The notes beneath the pieces are model-generated. The model was given only the letters and a program-made list of their open reading frames with translations, did no database searches and had not been told where the DNA came from. The position numbers and the translations under genes were made by a program. Shown one piece after another: positions 9,447 through 18,906 of a stretch of 64,000 nucleotides of DNA. Source of the stretch: an uncultured Candidatus Binatia bacterium (lineage in GTDB: Bacteria; Desulfobacterota; Binatia; UBA9968; JAJDTQ01); NCBI GenBank assembly GCA_965215605.1, contig OZ244070.1:3392001-3456000 (forward strand). The letters are read 5' to 3'. The stretch's first letter is position 1; every line of letters starts with the position of its first letter.

Positions 9447-11207
9447 ATGGGAAAGAATCCCGAGACGATCCGGCGCCTGATGCGCGCCAGCCTGGGCGAG
9501 GACAAGGCCGACCTGGTGGTAACCGGCGGGCGCCTGATCAACGTCTACACCGGCGAGGTGCTCGACGGCATGGAGCTGGCCGTGAGCCAGGGGCGGATCT
9601 GTTACGTAGGTCCCGGCGCCGATCACACCCGCGGCGACGAGACCCGGGTCATCGACGCCCGAGGCCGGTGGATCGCCCCCGGATTCATCGACGCCCATAC
9701 CCACATCGGTCATTTCTGCCGCCCCTTCGAGCTGTTGCAGGCCTACGTGTCCCGCGGAACCACCGCGCTCATGGCCTCCTGCGACGAACATACCGTGGCC
9801 TTCGGCCTCACCGGCATGCAACTCTTCCTGGACGAGGTGGCGTCCCATCCGCTCCGGGTCCATACCCTGATCTCCATGGCGGCGCCCCAGGATCCGTTGT
9901 TGTGCCGCACCGAAACCCTGTCGGACCAGGAGGTAGCCGACGCCCTCCGCGACCCCCGGGTGCTGGGGCTCGGCGAGGTGGTTTCATGGCTGCGGCTGGT
10001 GCAGGGGGACCCGGACCTGCTGGCGCGCATCGATCTGGCCCTGGCCCAGGGCAAGATCGTTCACGGACACACCGCCGGCGCCGGCGACCGCCGTCTCAAC
10101 GCCGTCGCCGCCGCCTCCGTGTCGTCGTGTCACGAGCCCATCAGCGGCGACGATGCGCTGGTGCGCCTGCGGCTCGGCTACTGGACCATGCTGCGGGAGG
10201 GCTCCTTCCGGCAGGACCTCGAAGCCACCCTCAAACCGCTCCTGGCTGCCGGTGTCGACACCGGCCGGGTGATCCTGGTGACCGACGGCATGAGCCCCGA
10301 CGACGTGGCCGCACACGGCCACATGGACCACGTGATCCGGCGGGCGGTGGAATACGGGCTGAGCCCGGTGCGGGCCATCCAGGCCGCTACGCTGCACCCG
10401 GCGACGTACTCGGGCCTCGAACAGGACATCGGCGGCCTGGCGCCCGGACGTTTCGCCGACTTCGTGCTGCTGGACGACCTTGAGAATGTGCGAGTGGGGG
10501 CGACGTACATCGCCGGCGAGCGGGCGGCCGAGGACGGCGAGTCGAGGGTGGCTGCCGTTCCGCCGCCCTTTCCGGACGGCATGGGCCTCAAGATCGCCCT
10601 CCGCCTGCCGGTGACGGCCGAGGACATGAGAATACGCTGTGACACCCCCCACGCCCGTGTCCGGGTGATGGACCTCGTGAACCAGACCATCACCCGCGAA
10701 CGGATCGTGGAGGTGGCTTGCGCCGGCGGGGTCATTCCGGCGGACGTGGAGAACGACCTCCTCAAGGTGGCGGTGTTCGACCGCCGGGAAGGTTTCAGCC
10801 CCGCCTTCGGCTTCATCCGGGGGCTGGGAGCGGACATCGGCGCGGTGGGCACCACCGTCAATCTCGACGAGTACACGCTCCTGGTGGCCGGCTCCAGCGA
10901 CTACGACATGGCCTACTGCGCCAATCTCCTGCTGGAGTCCGGCGGCGGCGCCGCCCTGGTGGACAAGGGCCGGGTGCTCGAAGAAATCCCGTTTCCCATC
11001 GGCGGCCTTTTCTCCCTGGAACCCTGGCGCGACGTGGGCGAGAAGCTCGCCGCCGTGCAGCAAGTCCTGAAACAGCGCGGCAGCGCTTTTGCCAAGCCGC
11101 TCTACGCTCTCTGCTTCCTGACCTTCGTCACCCTCCCGGAGCTCCGCATCACCGGCCGCGGCCTGGTGCGCGCCAAGGAACGGACCCTCGTCTCCCTGCT
11201 CGCCTAG
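9447..11207 (+). CDS. ade: Adenine deaminase family protein
   Basis: PGFIDAHTH, GLGE, HGH, HE, LREGS, TD motifs plus Ade C-terminal domain (FLTFVTLPELRIT). Confidence 0.8.
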   Translation: MGKNPETIRRLMRASLGEDKADLVVTGGRLINVYTGEVLDGMELAVSQGRICYVGPGADHTRGDETRVIDARGRWIAPGFIDAHTHIGHFCRPFELLQAYVSRGTTALMASCDEHTVAFGLTGMQLFLDEVASHPLRVHTLISMAAPQDPLLCRTETLSDQEVADALRDPRVLGLGEVVSWLRLVQGDPDLLARIDLALAQGKIVHGHTAGAGDRRLNAVAAASVSSCHEPISGDDALVRLRLGYWTMLREGSFRQDLEATLKPLLAAGVDTGRVILVTDGMSPDDVAAHGHMDHVIRRAVEYGLSPVRAIQAATLHPATYSGLEQDIGGLAPGRFADFVLLDDLENVRVGATYIAGERAAEDGESRVAAVPPPFPDGMGLKIALRLPVTAEDMRIRCDTPHARVRVMDLVNQTITRERIVEVACAGGVIPADVENDLLKVAVFDRREGFSPAFGFIRGLGADIGAVGTTVNLDEYTLLVAGSSDYDMAYCANLLLESGGGAALVDKGRVLEEIPFPIGGLFSLEPWRDVGEKLAAVQQVLKQRGSAFAKPLYALCFLTFVTLPELRITGRGLVRAKERTLVSLLA

Positions 11208-11234
11208 CCCTGGCGTTCCGCAACACTCGGACGG

Positions 11235-13193
11235 TCACCTGGGCAGCTCGAAGTTTCCCCGAACGCCGGCGAAGAAGCCTATGCCGGTGGTACGGTATTC
11301 CCGCAACTCGAAAGAACGAAGTTCATAGTAGTCCTTGTCGAAAAGGTTCTCGATCCGTCCGAAGAACTCGATGGCCTTGGTGACGCTGTACTTGCCGGCC
11401 ACATTCACGAGGACATAGGACGGCACCTTGGGGTGATGGTGCTGGTCCACCTGCTTGCCGTTGTAGTCGATGCCAAGGTCGACGGCGGCCCGGCCGTCGA
11501 GAAGGTCGTAACCGGCGTTGGCGCTGGCAATATGCTTGGCCCGCCGTCTGAGAGGCCGGCCTTGTGTGTCCTTTGCGTCGGTGTAGGTGTACTGGGCGGA
11601 CAGGTTCATTCCCTCTGCCGGCTTGGCCTTGACGCTGAATTCCCAGCCGCGAATTCTGGAGGTGCCCGCCAGGTTGTCGTAGAAGTCGTCGTTGAAGTCG
11701 GTGGTGCCGGCGTTATTCCAGTAGATCAGGTCCGTCGGCCGGCTGTCGAAGTACGTCAGATCCGTCGAGAGGCGACCTTCGAGGAGATCTTGCCCGACCC
11801 CGACATCCCAACCCTTGCTTTTCTCCGGCTGCACGTCGGGGTTCGGGCCGAGGCGGCCGAACCGTTGGAAGGAGTGCGACAGGGTGGGGTTCTTGACCCC
11901 GGTGCCGTAGCTGCCGTGTAGTCGCGTCCCGGTTTCGGCATGCAGGTACGCGGCCGTCAGCCGGTAGGTGGAGGTGTTCTTGAAGCGCTCGTTGTCATCG
12001 TAGCGAACCCCGCCGGACAAGAAGAGCCGGTCCGCGAACCCCACCTGGTACTCGCCCGAATGGCTCTGGTTCGTAAAGCTGGGTCTGGTGTCGCCGGTGA
12101 CGTGGGAATCCTTCTCGCGCTCGGTCAGGAAAGTCACGGCGTGGGTCGCGTCGACCCCGGCTGACGTTTCAAAGGAGACGTTGGTCTCGTAGTCGACACC
12201 CAACCTCCGGCCGTCGAACCTGTTGTGTCTGTCGGTGCTGTCGTCGAAGAAGTCCCGCTTCATCCGGACGGTGGTCGCCCCCGCCGCATGACTCCATGCG
12301 CCGTCGAACAGGTTGTACTTCAGTTGGGTCCGGCCGGTCCATCGGTCCCCGTCCGTCTCGTCGCCGTCGTCGGGTGTGGCCCCCCTGGAACTGCTTTGAC
12401 CGTCCGTTTCCAGGTTGGTTCTCACGTAGCGGCCGGATAGTTCCAACTCCAGGTCTTCCATCAATTCGAAGCCGAATCGGGCGTTGTAGGTTTGGTTCCG
12501 ATACCCGTCCTTCTCCGGTCCCGGGGCAATCGAAATTCCGGAAGTCCTGTAACCCGTGGCGCTCAGGGAGAAATGGTAGCCTTCGCCCCCGCCTCGGAAG
12601 CCGGTCATGACGTTGGCTGTTCCGAATGATCCACCTTCCACGCCAAGGCTCGCGGTTGCGGGGCCGCGGCCCTTCCGGGTGATGATGTTGATCACCCCGC
12701 CAATGGCGTCGCTGCCGTAGAGTCCGCTCTGCGGTCCGCGCAGGACTTCGATCCGTTCGACATTCGAGGTCAGCAGATGGCCGAAATTGTACGTGGCATT
12801 ACTGTCAGAGGGATCGTTCACCTTGACTCCGTCGATGATCACGAGGGTGTGTCCCGGCTCGCCGCCGCGTATCCGCACCGCGGTCTGGGTACCCAAGGGA
12901 CCCGACCGGTGCACCGCCACCCCCGGCACCTCCCGGAGCAGGTCGGAAACGACACGGGCCTGCTTGCGCTCGATCTCCTCGGCGGTGATGACCGTGACCG
13001 CGCTGCCCACGGCCTTGGCCTCCAGGGGCACCCGGCTCGCGGACACCACGATCTCCGGGAGCTGTTGGACTTCTTCGCCGGCCACCGGCCCCGGCGGCGT
13101 CTGCCTCGTGTCGTCCGTCTGGGCGCGGACGGTACCGGGCTGTAGGGTCAGCAGCACGAAAAGGGTGACGGCACCCGTAGTGAGGGACTTCAT
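11235..13193 (-). CDS. btuB: TonB-dependent receptor, BtuB-like cobalamin transporter
   Basis: Signal peptide, EIVVSA TonB box, plug motif IEVLRGPQSGLYGSDAIGGVINI, ENLFDKDY; cobalamin riboswitch directly upstream. Confidence 0.85.
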   Translation of the reverse strand: MKSLTTGAVTLFVLLTLQPGTVRAQTDDTRQTPPGPVAGEEVQQLPEIVVSASRVPLEAKAVGSAVTVITAEEIERKQARVVSDLLREVPGVAVHRSGPLGTQTAVRIRGGEPGHTLVIIDGVKVNDPSDSNATYNFGHLLTSNVERIEVLRGPQSGLYGSDAIGGVINIITRKGRGPATASLGVEGGSFGTANVMTGFRGGGEGYHFSLSATGYRTSGISIAPGPEKDGYRNQTYNARFGFELMEDLELELSGRYVRTNLETDGQSSSRGATPDDGDETDGDRWTGRTQLKYNLFDGAWSHAAGATTVRMKRDFFDDSTDRHNRFDGRRLGVDYETNVSFETSAGVDATHAVTFLTEREKDSHVTGDTRPSFTNQSHSGEYQVGFADRLFLSGGVRYDDNERFKNTSTYRLTAAYLHAETGTRLHGSYGTGVKNPTLSHSFQRFGRLGPNPDVQPEKSKGWDVGVGQDLLEGRLSTDLTYFDSRPTDLIYWNNAGTTDFNDDFYDNLAGTSRIRGWEFSVKAKPAEGMNLSAQYTYTDAKDTQGRPLRRRAKHIASANAGYDLLDGRAAVDLGIDYNGKQVDQHHHPKVPSYVLVNVAGKYSVTKAIEFFGRIENLFDKDYYELRSFELREYRTTGIGFFAGVRGNFELPR

Positions 13194-13230
13194 GGCAATC
13201 TTCCTTTCCCGCGAAGGCGGATTGTGGATG

Positions 13231-13406
13231 GAAGACGGACAGGTCTCCTGGCTTGGGCATTCTGGCAGTCCGTGCCGGCTGCCGGCCTACACACCGCGCC
13301 TTCCCACCCGCCGGACGGGCAGTGGCTTGAGTTGCGGTTTTCGTAGCCGTTACAGTTGCGGGGCAGCAGGGGATTCACACCCCTTTCCCTGGCGTCCGTC
13401 TTCAGG
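13231..13406 (-). ncRNA. Cobalamin riboswitch upstream of btuB
   Basis: Minus strand: AGGGAA-GGGGTG-AATCCCC-CTGCCCCGCAACTGTAA..GCCACTG..GGGAAGG..AGCCAGGAGACCTG; closing helix GAAGACGGAC/GTCCGTCTTC. Confidence 0.9.
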
Positions 13407-13445
13407 CCGTTAAACTTGGTGACTCAGGATCGGTTCACTCGTGAT

Positions 13446-14267
13446 CTATCGCTTGTCCTCCTTCAGCTTGAACGCCACCGGGATCCGCACCCAGCTCGGT
13501 ACGGCGTCGCGGCCGCGACGCGCGGGATGGAACCGCCAGCGTTGGACTGCCTCCACGGCCGCGGCGTCGAGGATGTCGAAGCCCGAGGTCCGGTCCACGG
13601 CGACTCGCTCCGGGGCGCCCTTGGGGTCCACCCGTACCTTGAGCACCGTGGTGCCCTCCCATCCGGCCCGGCGCGCCTTTCCGGGATATCGGGGTCGCAC
13701 GGTCCGCGCATAGCGGGCCGGGCTGAAGCCGGCTCCGGGCTCGACGCCGCGACCGGGGACTGTCTTCTTCGCGAGGGCGCGGGGGAGAGGCGCTTTCGTC
13801 GCCGCAGTCTCGCCAGGCGGTTTCCGCGCCGGAGCGGCGCGGCCGCCGTTCTCGGCGGACTTTGCCGCCGTTGCCGGCGCCGGAGATCGCTCCGGTCCGG
13901 TCCGGTCCGGTTTCGAAGGCATCTTCGCGGCCGGTTGCGTCCGGGCGGGCATCGTGTCGATTCGTTTCGGCGTCGTGGGTGCCGCCTTGACGACCCGGGT
14001 CCCGGACCGGCCCGGCGCCCGCGGCCGTTTGGGCTTCGGAGGCGTTTGCGTCGCCTTGGCCGGCGCGGCCGTTCTGGGCGTTGCGAAGTGCACGGGTTGT
14101 CGGGAGACCTGCTTCGGAGCCTCGGACCGGGGCGCGTCCACGAGTTCGACCCGCACCGGTTGGAGGGTATCCTCCCCCGCGGTTCCGGCGTTCATGGGCA
14201 GAGGCGCCCATATCAGCGCGCCGTGGAACAGCGTCGAGCCCAACAGGCAGTAGAAAAAACGGCGGAT
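13446..14267 (-). CDS. tonB: Energy transducer TonB (start uncertain)
   Basis: N-terminal TM with SxxxH (STLFH), Pro/Lys/Ala-rich linker, C-terminal YPxxARRAGWEG..SGFDILD..WRFHPA; no in-frame ATG before the TM. Confidence 0.82.
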   Translation of the reverse strand: MRRFFYCLLGSTLFHGALIWAPLPMNAGTAGEDTLQPVRVELVDAPRSEAPKQVSRQPVHFATPRTAAPAKATQTPPKPKRPRAPGRSGTRVVKAAPTTPKRIDTMPARTQPAAKMPSKPDRTGPERSPAPATAAKSAENGGRAAPARKPPGETAATKAPLPRALAKKTVPGRGVEPGAGFSPARYARTVRPRYPGKARRAGWEGTTVLKVRVDPKGAPERVAVDRTSGFDILDAAAVEAVQRWRFHPARRGRDAVPSWVRIPVAFKLKEDKR

Positions 14268-14310
14268 GGCGAGACCCTCTCTCTCTCCTCGGAGAGCATG
14301 GTTGCTTTCC

Positions 14311-14479
14311 GTCTTCAGGTAGGTCTCCTGGCTCGTGGGCTGGTCGTTTCGACCGCCTTGCCGCCTTCCCATTCCCGGGCGGGGAACAGTGGCACGCTGG
14401 CAAGGGTTCCCACTTACAGTGGCGGGACCGCACCGGATTTCAACCGGTTTCCCTGTTATCCCGTAAGGGACCTGAAGAC
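14311..14479 (-). ncRNA. Cobalamin riboswitch upstream of tonB
   Basis: Minus strand: GGT-hairpin-AACAGGGAAACCGGTTGAAATCCGGTGCGGTCCCGCCACTGTAA..GCCACTG..TGGGAAGG..GAGCCAGGAGACCT; closing helix GTCTTCAGGT/ACCTGAAGAC. Confidence 0.93.
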
Positions 14480-14510
14480 CGCGCGGCCGAGAGGCCGCTC
14501 GTCGAAACGA

Positions 14511-14539
14511 TACTTAGCCGTGCGGGGAGGCCTTGTCAA
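14511..14539 (-). promoter_or_regulatory. Putative sigma70 promoter for riboswitch-tonB
   Basis: TTGACA-17nt-TAAGTA about 30 nt upstream of the riboswitch. Confidence 0.55.
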
Positions 14540-14576
14540 GGCGGCGGCAAGGCTCCCCGTGGCGAGGGACATCGGC

Positions 14577-15515
14577 TCACAGCGCCGATTGGATGTCCTC
14601 GATGTAGTCCTTGAAACCGTCTTCCACGCTGTACTCCGGCTCCCAGCCGAGGAGTTCCCTGGCCCGGGTGGTGACCATGGGCTGTTTCGAGGATCGCGGC
14701 GGCTTGCCGGGGATGATCTCCACCTCCAGCTTCGGCAACAACCCCTGCACCATGTCCACCAGGTCGTCGAACTTGATGACCACGCCGGTGCCGATGTTGA
14801 AGGTGGTCTTCGCGGGAGCCGGAATGGTCGCCGCCAGCTCGATGGCCCGGCCCACGTCCTTGAAGTAGACGTACTCGAAATCCCGGGTGGATTCCTGCGG
14901 GATGTTGGCCACGCCGCCCTTGATGCCGGCCTCCACCAGGCTCTGGAGCATTTCGCCGCCGGCGGAGCCGCCCGCGAAATGGCCGAAGCCGAACACGTTG
15001 GCCAGCCGCAGCACGATGAGCTCGAACCCGTAGAGGCGCTGGTAGCACTCCACCATGAGCTCCTTGGCGACCTTGGAGTTGCCGTAGGCGTTGCCGTCGC
15101 CCCGGGAGAACCCTTCGTCGATGGGGTCGTCGCCTTCCATGCGGCGGTTGTACACGCCCATGGTGCTGATCTGGATCAGCCGCCTGACGCCGGCGAGACG
15201 CACGGCCTCGGCCACGTTGACCGTGCCCATGACGTTGATCTGAAGCCCGCTGTAGACGGGGTTGGCCACCGCGCCGCCGATGAGGCCGGCGGTGTGCAGC
15301 ACGGTTTCCACCTTGTGGGTCTGCATGGCGTCGATCAGCGCCGGCAGGTCCCGGATGTCCCGCTTGAGGACAGTGACGTCGGCGTTCCCCAGCTTCCGTT
15401 CCAGGAAGTCCATCCTGGGCGCCATGTCGAAGAACACGATCTTTTCGCCCCGCTGGAGGGCGCGTTGCGCGAAGGCGGTGCCCACCAAGCCGACGCCGGT
15501 AATCAAAGTGCTCAT
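14577..15515 (-). CDS. NAD-dependent epimerase/dehydratase (extended SDR)
   Basis: LITGVGLVG, HTAG, ST, YGNSK, LRLANVFG, FNIGTG; RBS AAGGGAG; TTGACA-17-TACATG at 15545-15573. Confidence 0.88.
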   Translation of the reverse strand: MSTLITGVGLVGTAFAQRALQRGEKIVFFDMAPRMDFLERKLGNADVTVLKRDIRDLPALIDAMQTHKVETVLHTAGLIGGAVANPVYSGLQINVMGTVNVAEAVRLAGVRRLIQISTMGVYNRRMEGDDPIDEGFSRGDGNAYGNSKVAKELMVECYQRLYGFELIVLRLANVFGFGHFAGGSAGGEMLQSLVEAGIKGGVANIPQESTRDFEYVYFKDVGRAIELAATIPAPAKTTFNIGTGVVIKFDDLVDMVQGLLPKLEVEIIPGKPPRSSKQPMVTTRARELLGWEPEYSVEDGFKDYIEDIQSAL

Positions 15516-15586
15516 CACGACTCCCTTCTGGTGCGGTTTTCTTCCATGTACGTGCACCCCCGCGGGGTGTCAAGGCGTGTCCGTCG

Positions 15587-16360
15587 TCATGCCGGCCCGG
15601 CGATGGTTATGTTCCAGTCGCCGTCGATGCGCCGCACCGCGGCCCGTACACCATAGACCTCGGCCATGCGTTCCGCGGTCAGCGTTTCCGCCGCCGTCCC
15701 GTCCGCAACGATGCGCCCCCCGTGGATCCACGCCAGCCGGTCGGCGAAGCGCGCGGCCAGGGCGGCCTCGTGCAGCACCACCAACGCGGCGTTGCCGGCG
15801 TCGGCGTAGCCGCGGATCAGGCTCATGACCTGATGTTGGTGGAGCGGGTCCAGGGCTTCCGTGGGCTCGTCGGCGAGCAGGATCGGCGCTTCCGCGGCCA
15901 GGGCCCGCGCCACGTGGGCACGGCACAGCTCGCCCCCCGACAGCGTGTCGCACGGGCGGTCCGCGAGGGCCCGGAGGTCACAGGCGGAAAGCGCCCGTTC
16001 CACCGCGGCGGCGTGTTTGCCCCGCAGCCGTCCGGACGGGACGCCATGGGCGAACCGCCCGAGGGCCACCACGTCCCGCACCCTCACCGGCCACGCCAGC
16101 GGCCGGGACTGCGGCAGGTAGGCGATGCGCCTGGCCCGCTCGGCCGCGGGCAGGCGGGCCGGGTCGTCATCTCCCGCGCGCACCTTGCCCCGGCCGCGAT
16201 CAACCAGGCCCAGGACGGACCGAAGCAGCATGGTCTTGCCCGCGCCGTTGGGGCCGAGCAGGACCACCAACTCACCCGGATGCACCCGTACCGACGCGCC
16301 GCGCAGCACCTCGTGCCGCCCCAGCGTCACATCGACGTCCTGCACCGAGAGCTCAGCCAC
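15587..16360 (-). CDS. Cobalamin/iron-chelate ABC transporter ATP-binding protein (BtuD-like)
   Basis: GPNGAGKT, YLPQ, LSGGE, ADEPT; GTG start overlapping the permease stop. Confidence 0.88.
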   Translation of the reverse strand: MAELSVQDVDVTLGRHEVLRGASVRVHPGELVVLLGPNGAGKTMLLRSVLGLVDRGRGKVRAGDDDPARLPAAERARRIAYLPQSRPLAWPVRVRDVVALGRFAHGVPSGRLRGKHAAAVERALSACDLRALADRPCDTLSGGELCRAHVARALAAEAPILLADEPTEALDPLHQHQVMSLIRGYADAGNAALVVLHEAALAARFADRLAWIHGGRIVADGTAAETLTAERMAEVYGVRAAVRRIDGDWNITIAGPA

Positions 16361-17342
16361 TGCCCGTCCGCCTCCTCGCGGCGATCCACACGAAGACCGG
16401 CGCCCCCAGCAACGCCGCCACCACCCCGAGCTTGAGCTCCGTGTCGGTGGGCGCAACCCGTACGCCGATATCCGCCAGCACCAGCAGCAGTCCCGCCAGC
16501 AAGGCCGACGGCGCCAGCGTGCGGGCGGGATCGTGGTCCACCAGCGGCCGTACCAGGTGCGGCGCGACGATGCCGACGAAGCCGATGGCGCCGGCAACGG
16601 CCACCGCCGCGCCGGTGGCCAAGCCCGCGCCCAACACCACCAGCCGCCGGATCCGGGGCAGGTCCACCCCCACGGCCGCCGCCCCCTCCTCGCCCAGGGT
16701 CAGGGCCGAGAGGCCGCGCCGTCCGGCGAAGAGAATGGCCAGACCGGCCAGCAGGAACGGCGCCGCCGGCACGAGGTCGTCGAAGCTCCGGTTGGCCACG
16801 GTTCCCAGCATCCAGTTCAGCATGTCGGAAAGGGAGAACGGATGGGGCGCCAGATTCATCAACAACGCCATCAGCGCCCCCGCGAAACTGGAAAGCCCGA
16901 TTCCCACCAGGATCAGCGTCACCACCGAGCCCACGCGCGCGGCCGCCACGGTCAGAAGGCCGGTGGCCGCCAGGGCGCCGGCAATGGCGGCCAGGGGCAA
17001 AGCGAAGGCCTGGGCGTTGGCGAGTCCGTAGTAGATGACGAAGGTGGCGCCGAGGGCGGCGGTGGCGGATACGCCCAGAACCCCCGGCTCGGCCAAGGGG
17101 TTCCGCAGGAGTCCCTGCAACGCCGCGCCCGATGTCCCCAGCGCCGCGCCCACCACCAGCGCCGCCACCGCCCGCGGCAGCCGGATCTCCCACACCACCA
17201 CGCGGTCGCCGGCCGATGCCCCTCCCGTCAGGGCGGACAGAACCCGGTCGAGGCCCAGCGGGGTGGAGCCCACCAGGCACGCCGCGGCCAGCGCCGCCAG
17301 CACGGCCGCCGCCAGCGTGATGAGAACGCCGCGGTCAGTCAC
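16353..17342 (-). CDS. FecCD/BtuC family ABC permease
   Basis: IRLPR, QGLLRNPLAEP, GAIGFVGIVAPH, GAPVF. Confidence 0.92.
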   Translation of the reverse strand: MTDRGVLITLAAAVLAALAAACLVGSTPLGLDRVLSALTGGASAGDRVVVWEIRLPRAVAALVVGAALGTSGAALQGLLRNPLAEPGVLGVSATAALGATFVIYYGLANAQAFALPLAAIAGALAATGLLTVAAARVGSVVTLILVGIGLSSFAGALMALLMNLAPHPFSLSDMLNWMLGTVANRSFDDLVPAAPFLLAGLAILFAGRRGLSALTLGEEGAAAVGVDLPRIRRLVVLGAGLATGAAVAVAGAIGFVGIVAPHLVRPLVDHDPARTLAPSALLAGLLLVLADIGVRVAPTDTELKLGVVAALLGAPVFVWIAARRRTGSG

Positions 17343-18285
17343 GGCCCGGTCCGCGCGACGGCGATTCCCGGAGCGAGGGCGCTCTTCCCTCGCCGCCGGC
17401 CGCGGACCCCGGTGCCGGGGTGTCCGGGCGGAGGGCGGCCAAGGCCTCTACCGCGTCGGCCACGAACCAGCCGCCGCACGACGTGGTGGCGCCGTCCAGA
17501 AGCGCCACCGGGACCGACGCCATGGCCCGCCGGGCCACCGGATGCCGGAACGGAGTCCATGCGTCGTCATGGTTGGTGCCCTCTCCGAAGGTGGCCTTGG
17601 CCACCAGGTCCGGAGTCTCGTAGGCCAGACGTTCGAGCGGAATCGGCCGCCAGCCGCGCCGGGCCTGGAAATTGTCGAGGCCGGCGGCCGCCAGCAGGTC
17701 ATGCACGAGGGTGCCCGGTCCGGCGGTATAACCCGCCGGCGTCACGTAGAACGCCCTCGTGCCGGAAGCGTGGAGCCGTGCCTCGCGGAGCCGTGCGTCC
17801 ATCTCCGCGATCAGCGCTTCGCCCCGTTCCGGCACGCCGAGCCCCCGGGCGGCGTGCCGGATCACCGAACGTGCGCCGTCGATGTCGTCGGCGAACCCGA
17901 TCTGCAGCACCGGTACGCCGGCCCGCTCGAAGAAACCCCGGGCGTTGGGGCCGCCGCCGTAGGAACGCACCACCAGGTCCGGCTCGAGCAGCAGGACGTC
18001 TTCCGCCCGCGGCCGGACGGTTGGCAACCCGGCCGCGGCGGCGCGCATGTACGAGAACTCGGCGCCGGCGTCCGGCGACACCGCCAGGATGTCACGGCGG
18101 TGGGCAAGCCCGAGCACGTACTGGTCCGCGCAGTAGTCCAGGCTGACGACGCGGCGGGCCGTGGAGCGGCTAGAAGGAGGCTCTGTGCATGCAGCGAGGA
18201 AAGCGCATACGGTCAGCGCCAGCGCGACCGGTTTCGCCACCAAGGCCAAAGTCCCTCGGAGCCGTCGGATCTGGCACGGCCTCAA
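17335..18285 (-). CDS. Cobalamin ABC substrate-binding lipoprotein (BtuF-like); start may lie downstream
   Basis: LAAC lipobox, RVVSLDYCADQY, AEDVLLLEPDLV, LERL..PDLV. Confidence 0.82.
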   Translation of the reverse strand: MRPCQIRRLRGTLALVAKPVALALTVCAFLAACTEPPSSRSTARRVVSLDYCADQYVLGLAHRRDILAVSPDAGAEFSYMRAAAAGLPTVRPRAEDVLLLEPDLVVRSYGGGPNARGFFERAGVPVLQIGFADDIDGARSVIRHAARGLGVPERGEALIAEMDARLREARLHASGTRAFYVTPAGYTAGPGTLVHDLLAAAGLDNFQARRGWRPIPLERLAYETPDLVAKATFGEGTNHDDAWTPFRHPVARRAMASVPVALLDGATTSCGGWFVADAVEALAALRPDTPAPGSAAGGEGRAPSLRESPSRGPGRD

Positions 18286-18352
18286 TTCTTCCCCTTTTCG
18301 CTACGCTTGATTTTCTTCGGCCAGTGCCGAAAGGACGATTCTGTAGGGGTGG

Positions 18353-18381
18353 AACCTACGCCGGGCGGTGGCTGTCGTCAA
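18353..18381 (-). promoter_or_regulatory. Putative sigma70 promoter for btuFCD
   Basis: TTGACG-17nt-TAGGTT. Confidence 0.45.
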
Positions 18382-18405
18382 GAGACCGGAAAGGCTTGAT
18401 TGTAC

Positions 18406-18421
18406 GTATCCCATGGGATAC
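18406..18421. promoter_or_regulatory. Perfect 16-bp palindrome, likely antitoxin operator
   Basis: GTATCCCATGGGATAC just downstream of TTGATT and just upstream of the toxin remnant. Confidence 0.6.
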
Positions 18422-18433
18422 AGAAGGGGGGAC

Positions 18434-18513
18434 TTGGTGGTTGTGGTACGTCAGACCGACGAGTTCACCACATCGCCAGAGCCCGTGCTTTGGCACGGAG
18501 CCTTGGGAGGTAG
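18434..18513 (+). pseudogene. Internally deleted RelE/HigB-like toxin remnant
   Basis: (L)VVVVRQTDEFT joined out of frame to IARARALARSLGR*, resembling the two termini of addiction-module killer proteins; lies immediately before the antidote gene. Confidence 0.65.
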
Positions 18514-18523
18514 GGAGGCCACC

Positions 18524-18823
18524 ATGATCGATACTCAACCATGGGATGCGGCGGACTACCTTGAAGAAGAGGAAGATATCGTTGCTTACCTCGAAGCGGC
18601 GTTTGAGGACGGCGACCCACAACTCATCGCCGCCGCGCTTGGTGACATCGCGAGGTCTCGGGGTATGACGAAAGTCGCGTCGAAGGCTGGCTTGGGCCGC
18701 GAGAGCCTCTACAAGGCATTGTCGCCCGACGGCAACCCCGCCTTGGCTACGGTGCTCAAGGTAATGCAGGCCCTCGGCCTTCGCCTTCGCGTGACGAGCC
18801 CGGGTGCGGAGCCCCGGCGATAA
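18524..18823 (+). CDS. Addiction module antidote protein (HigA-like HTH)
   Basis: WDAADYL..AYL..ALGDIARSRGMTKVA..GLGRESLYKALS..GNP; RBS GGAGG. Confidence 0.88.
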   Translation: MIDTQPWDAADYLEEEEDIVAYLEAAFEDGDPQLIAAALGDIARSRGMTKVASKAGLGRESLYKALSPDGNPALATVLKVMQALGLRLRVTSPGAEPRR

Positions 18824-18906
18824 CAGCAGGTCAGCCTGCGGATTTGTTGCGCCTTTAAACATCAGGTAGACTCGCCCCACCGCATCACCCGGGGAGGAAA
18901 CCTGAA

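Noticed and set aside
18286-18350. Third cobalamin riboswitch before btuF
   Set aside because: No B12-box or GCCACTG/GGGAAG core, and the leader is too short
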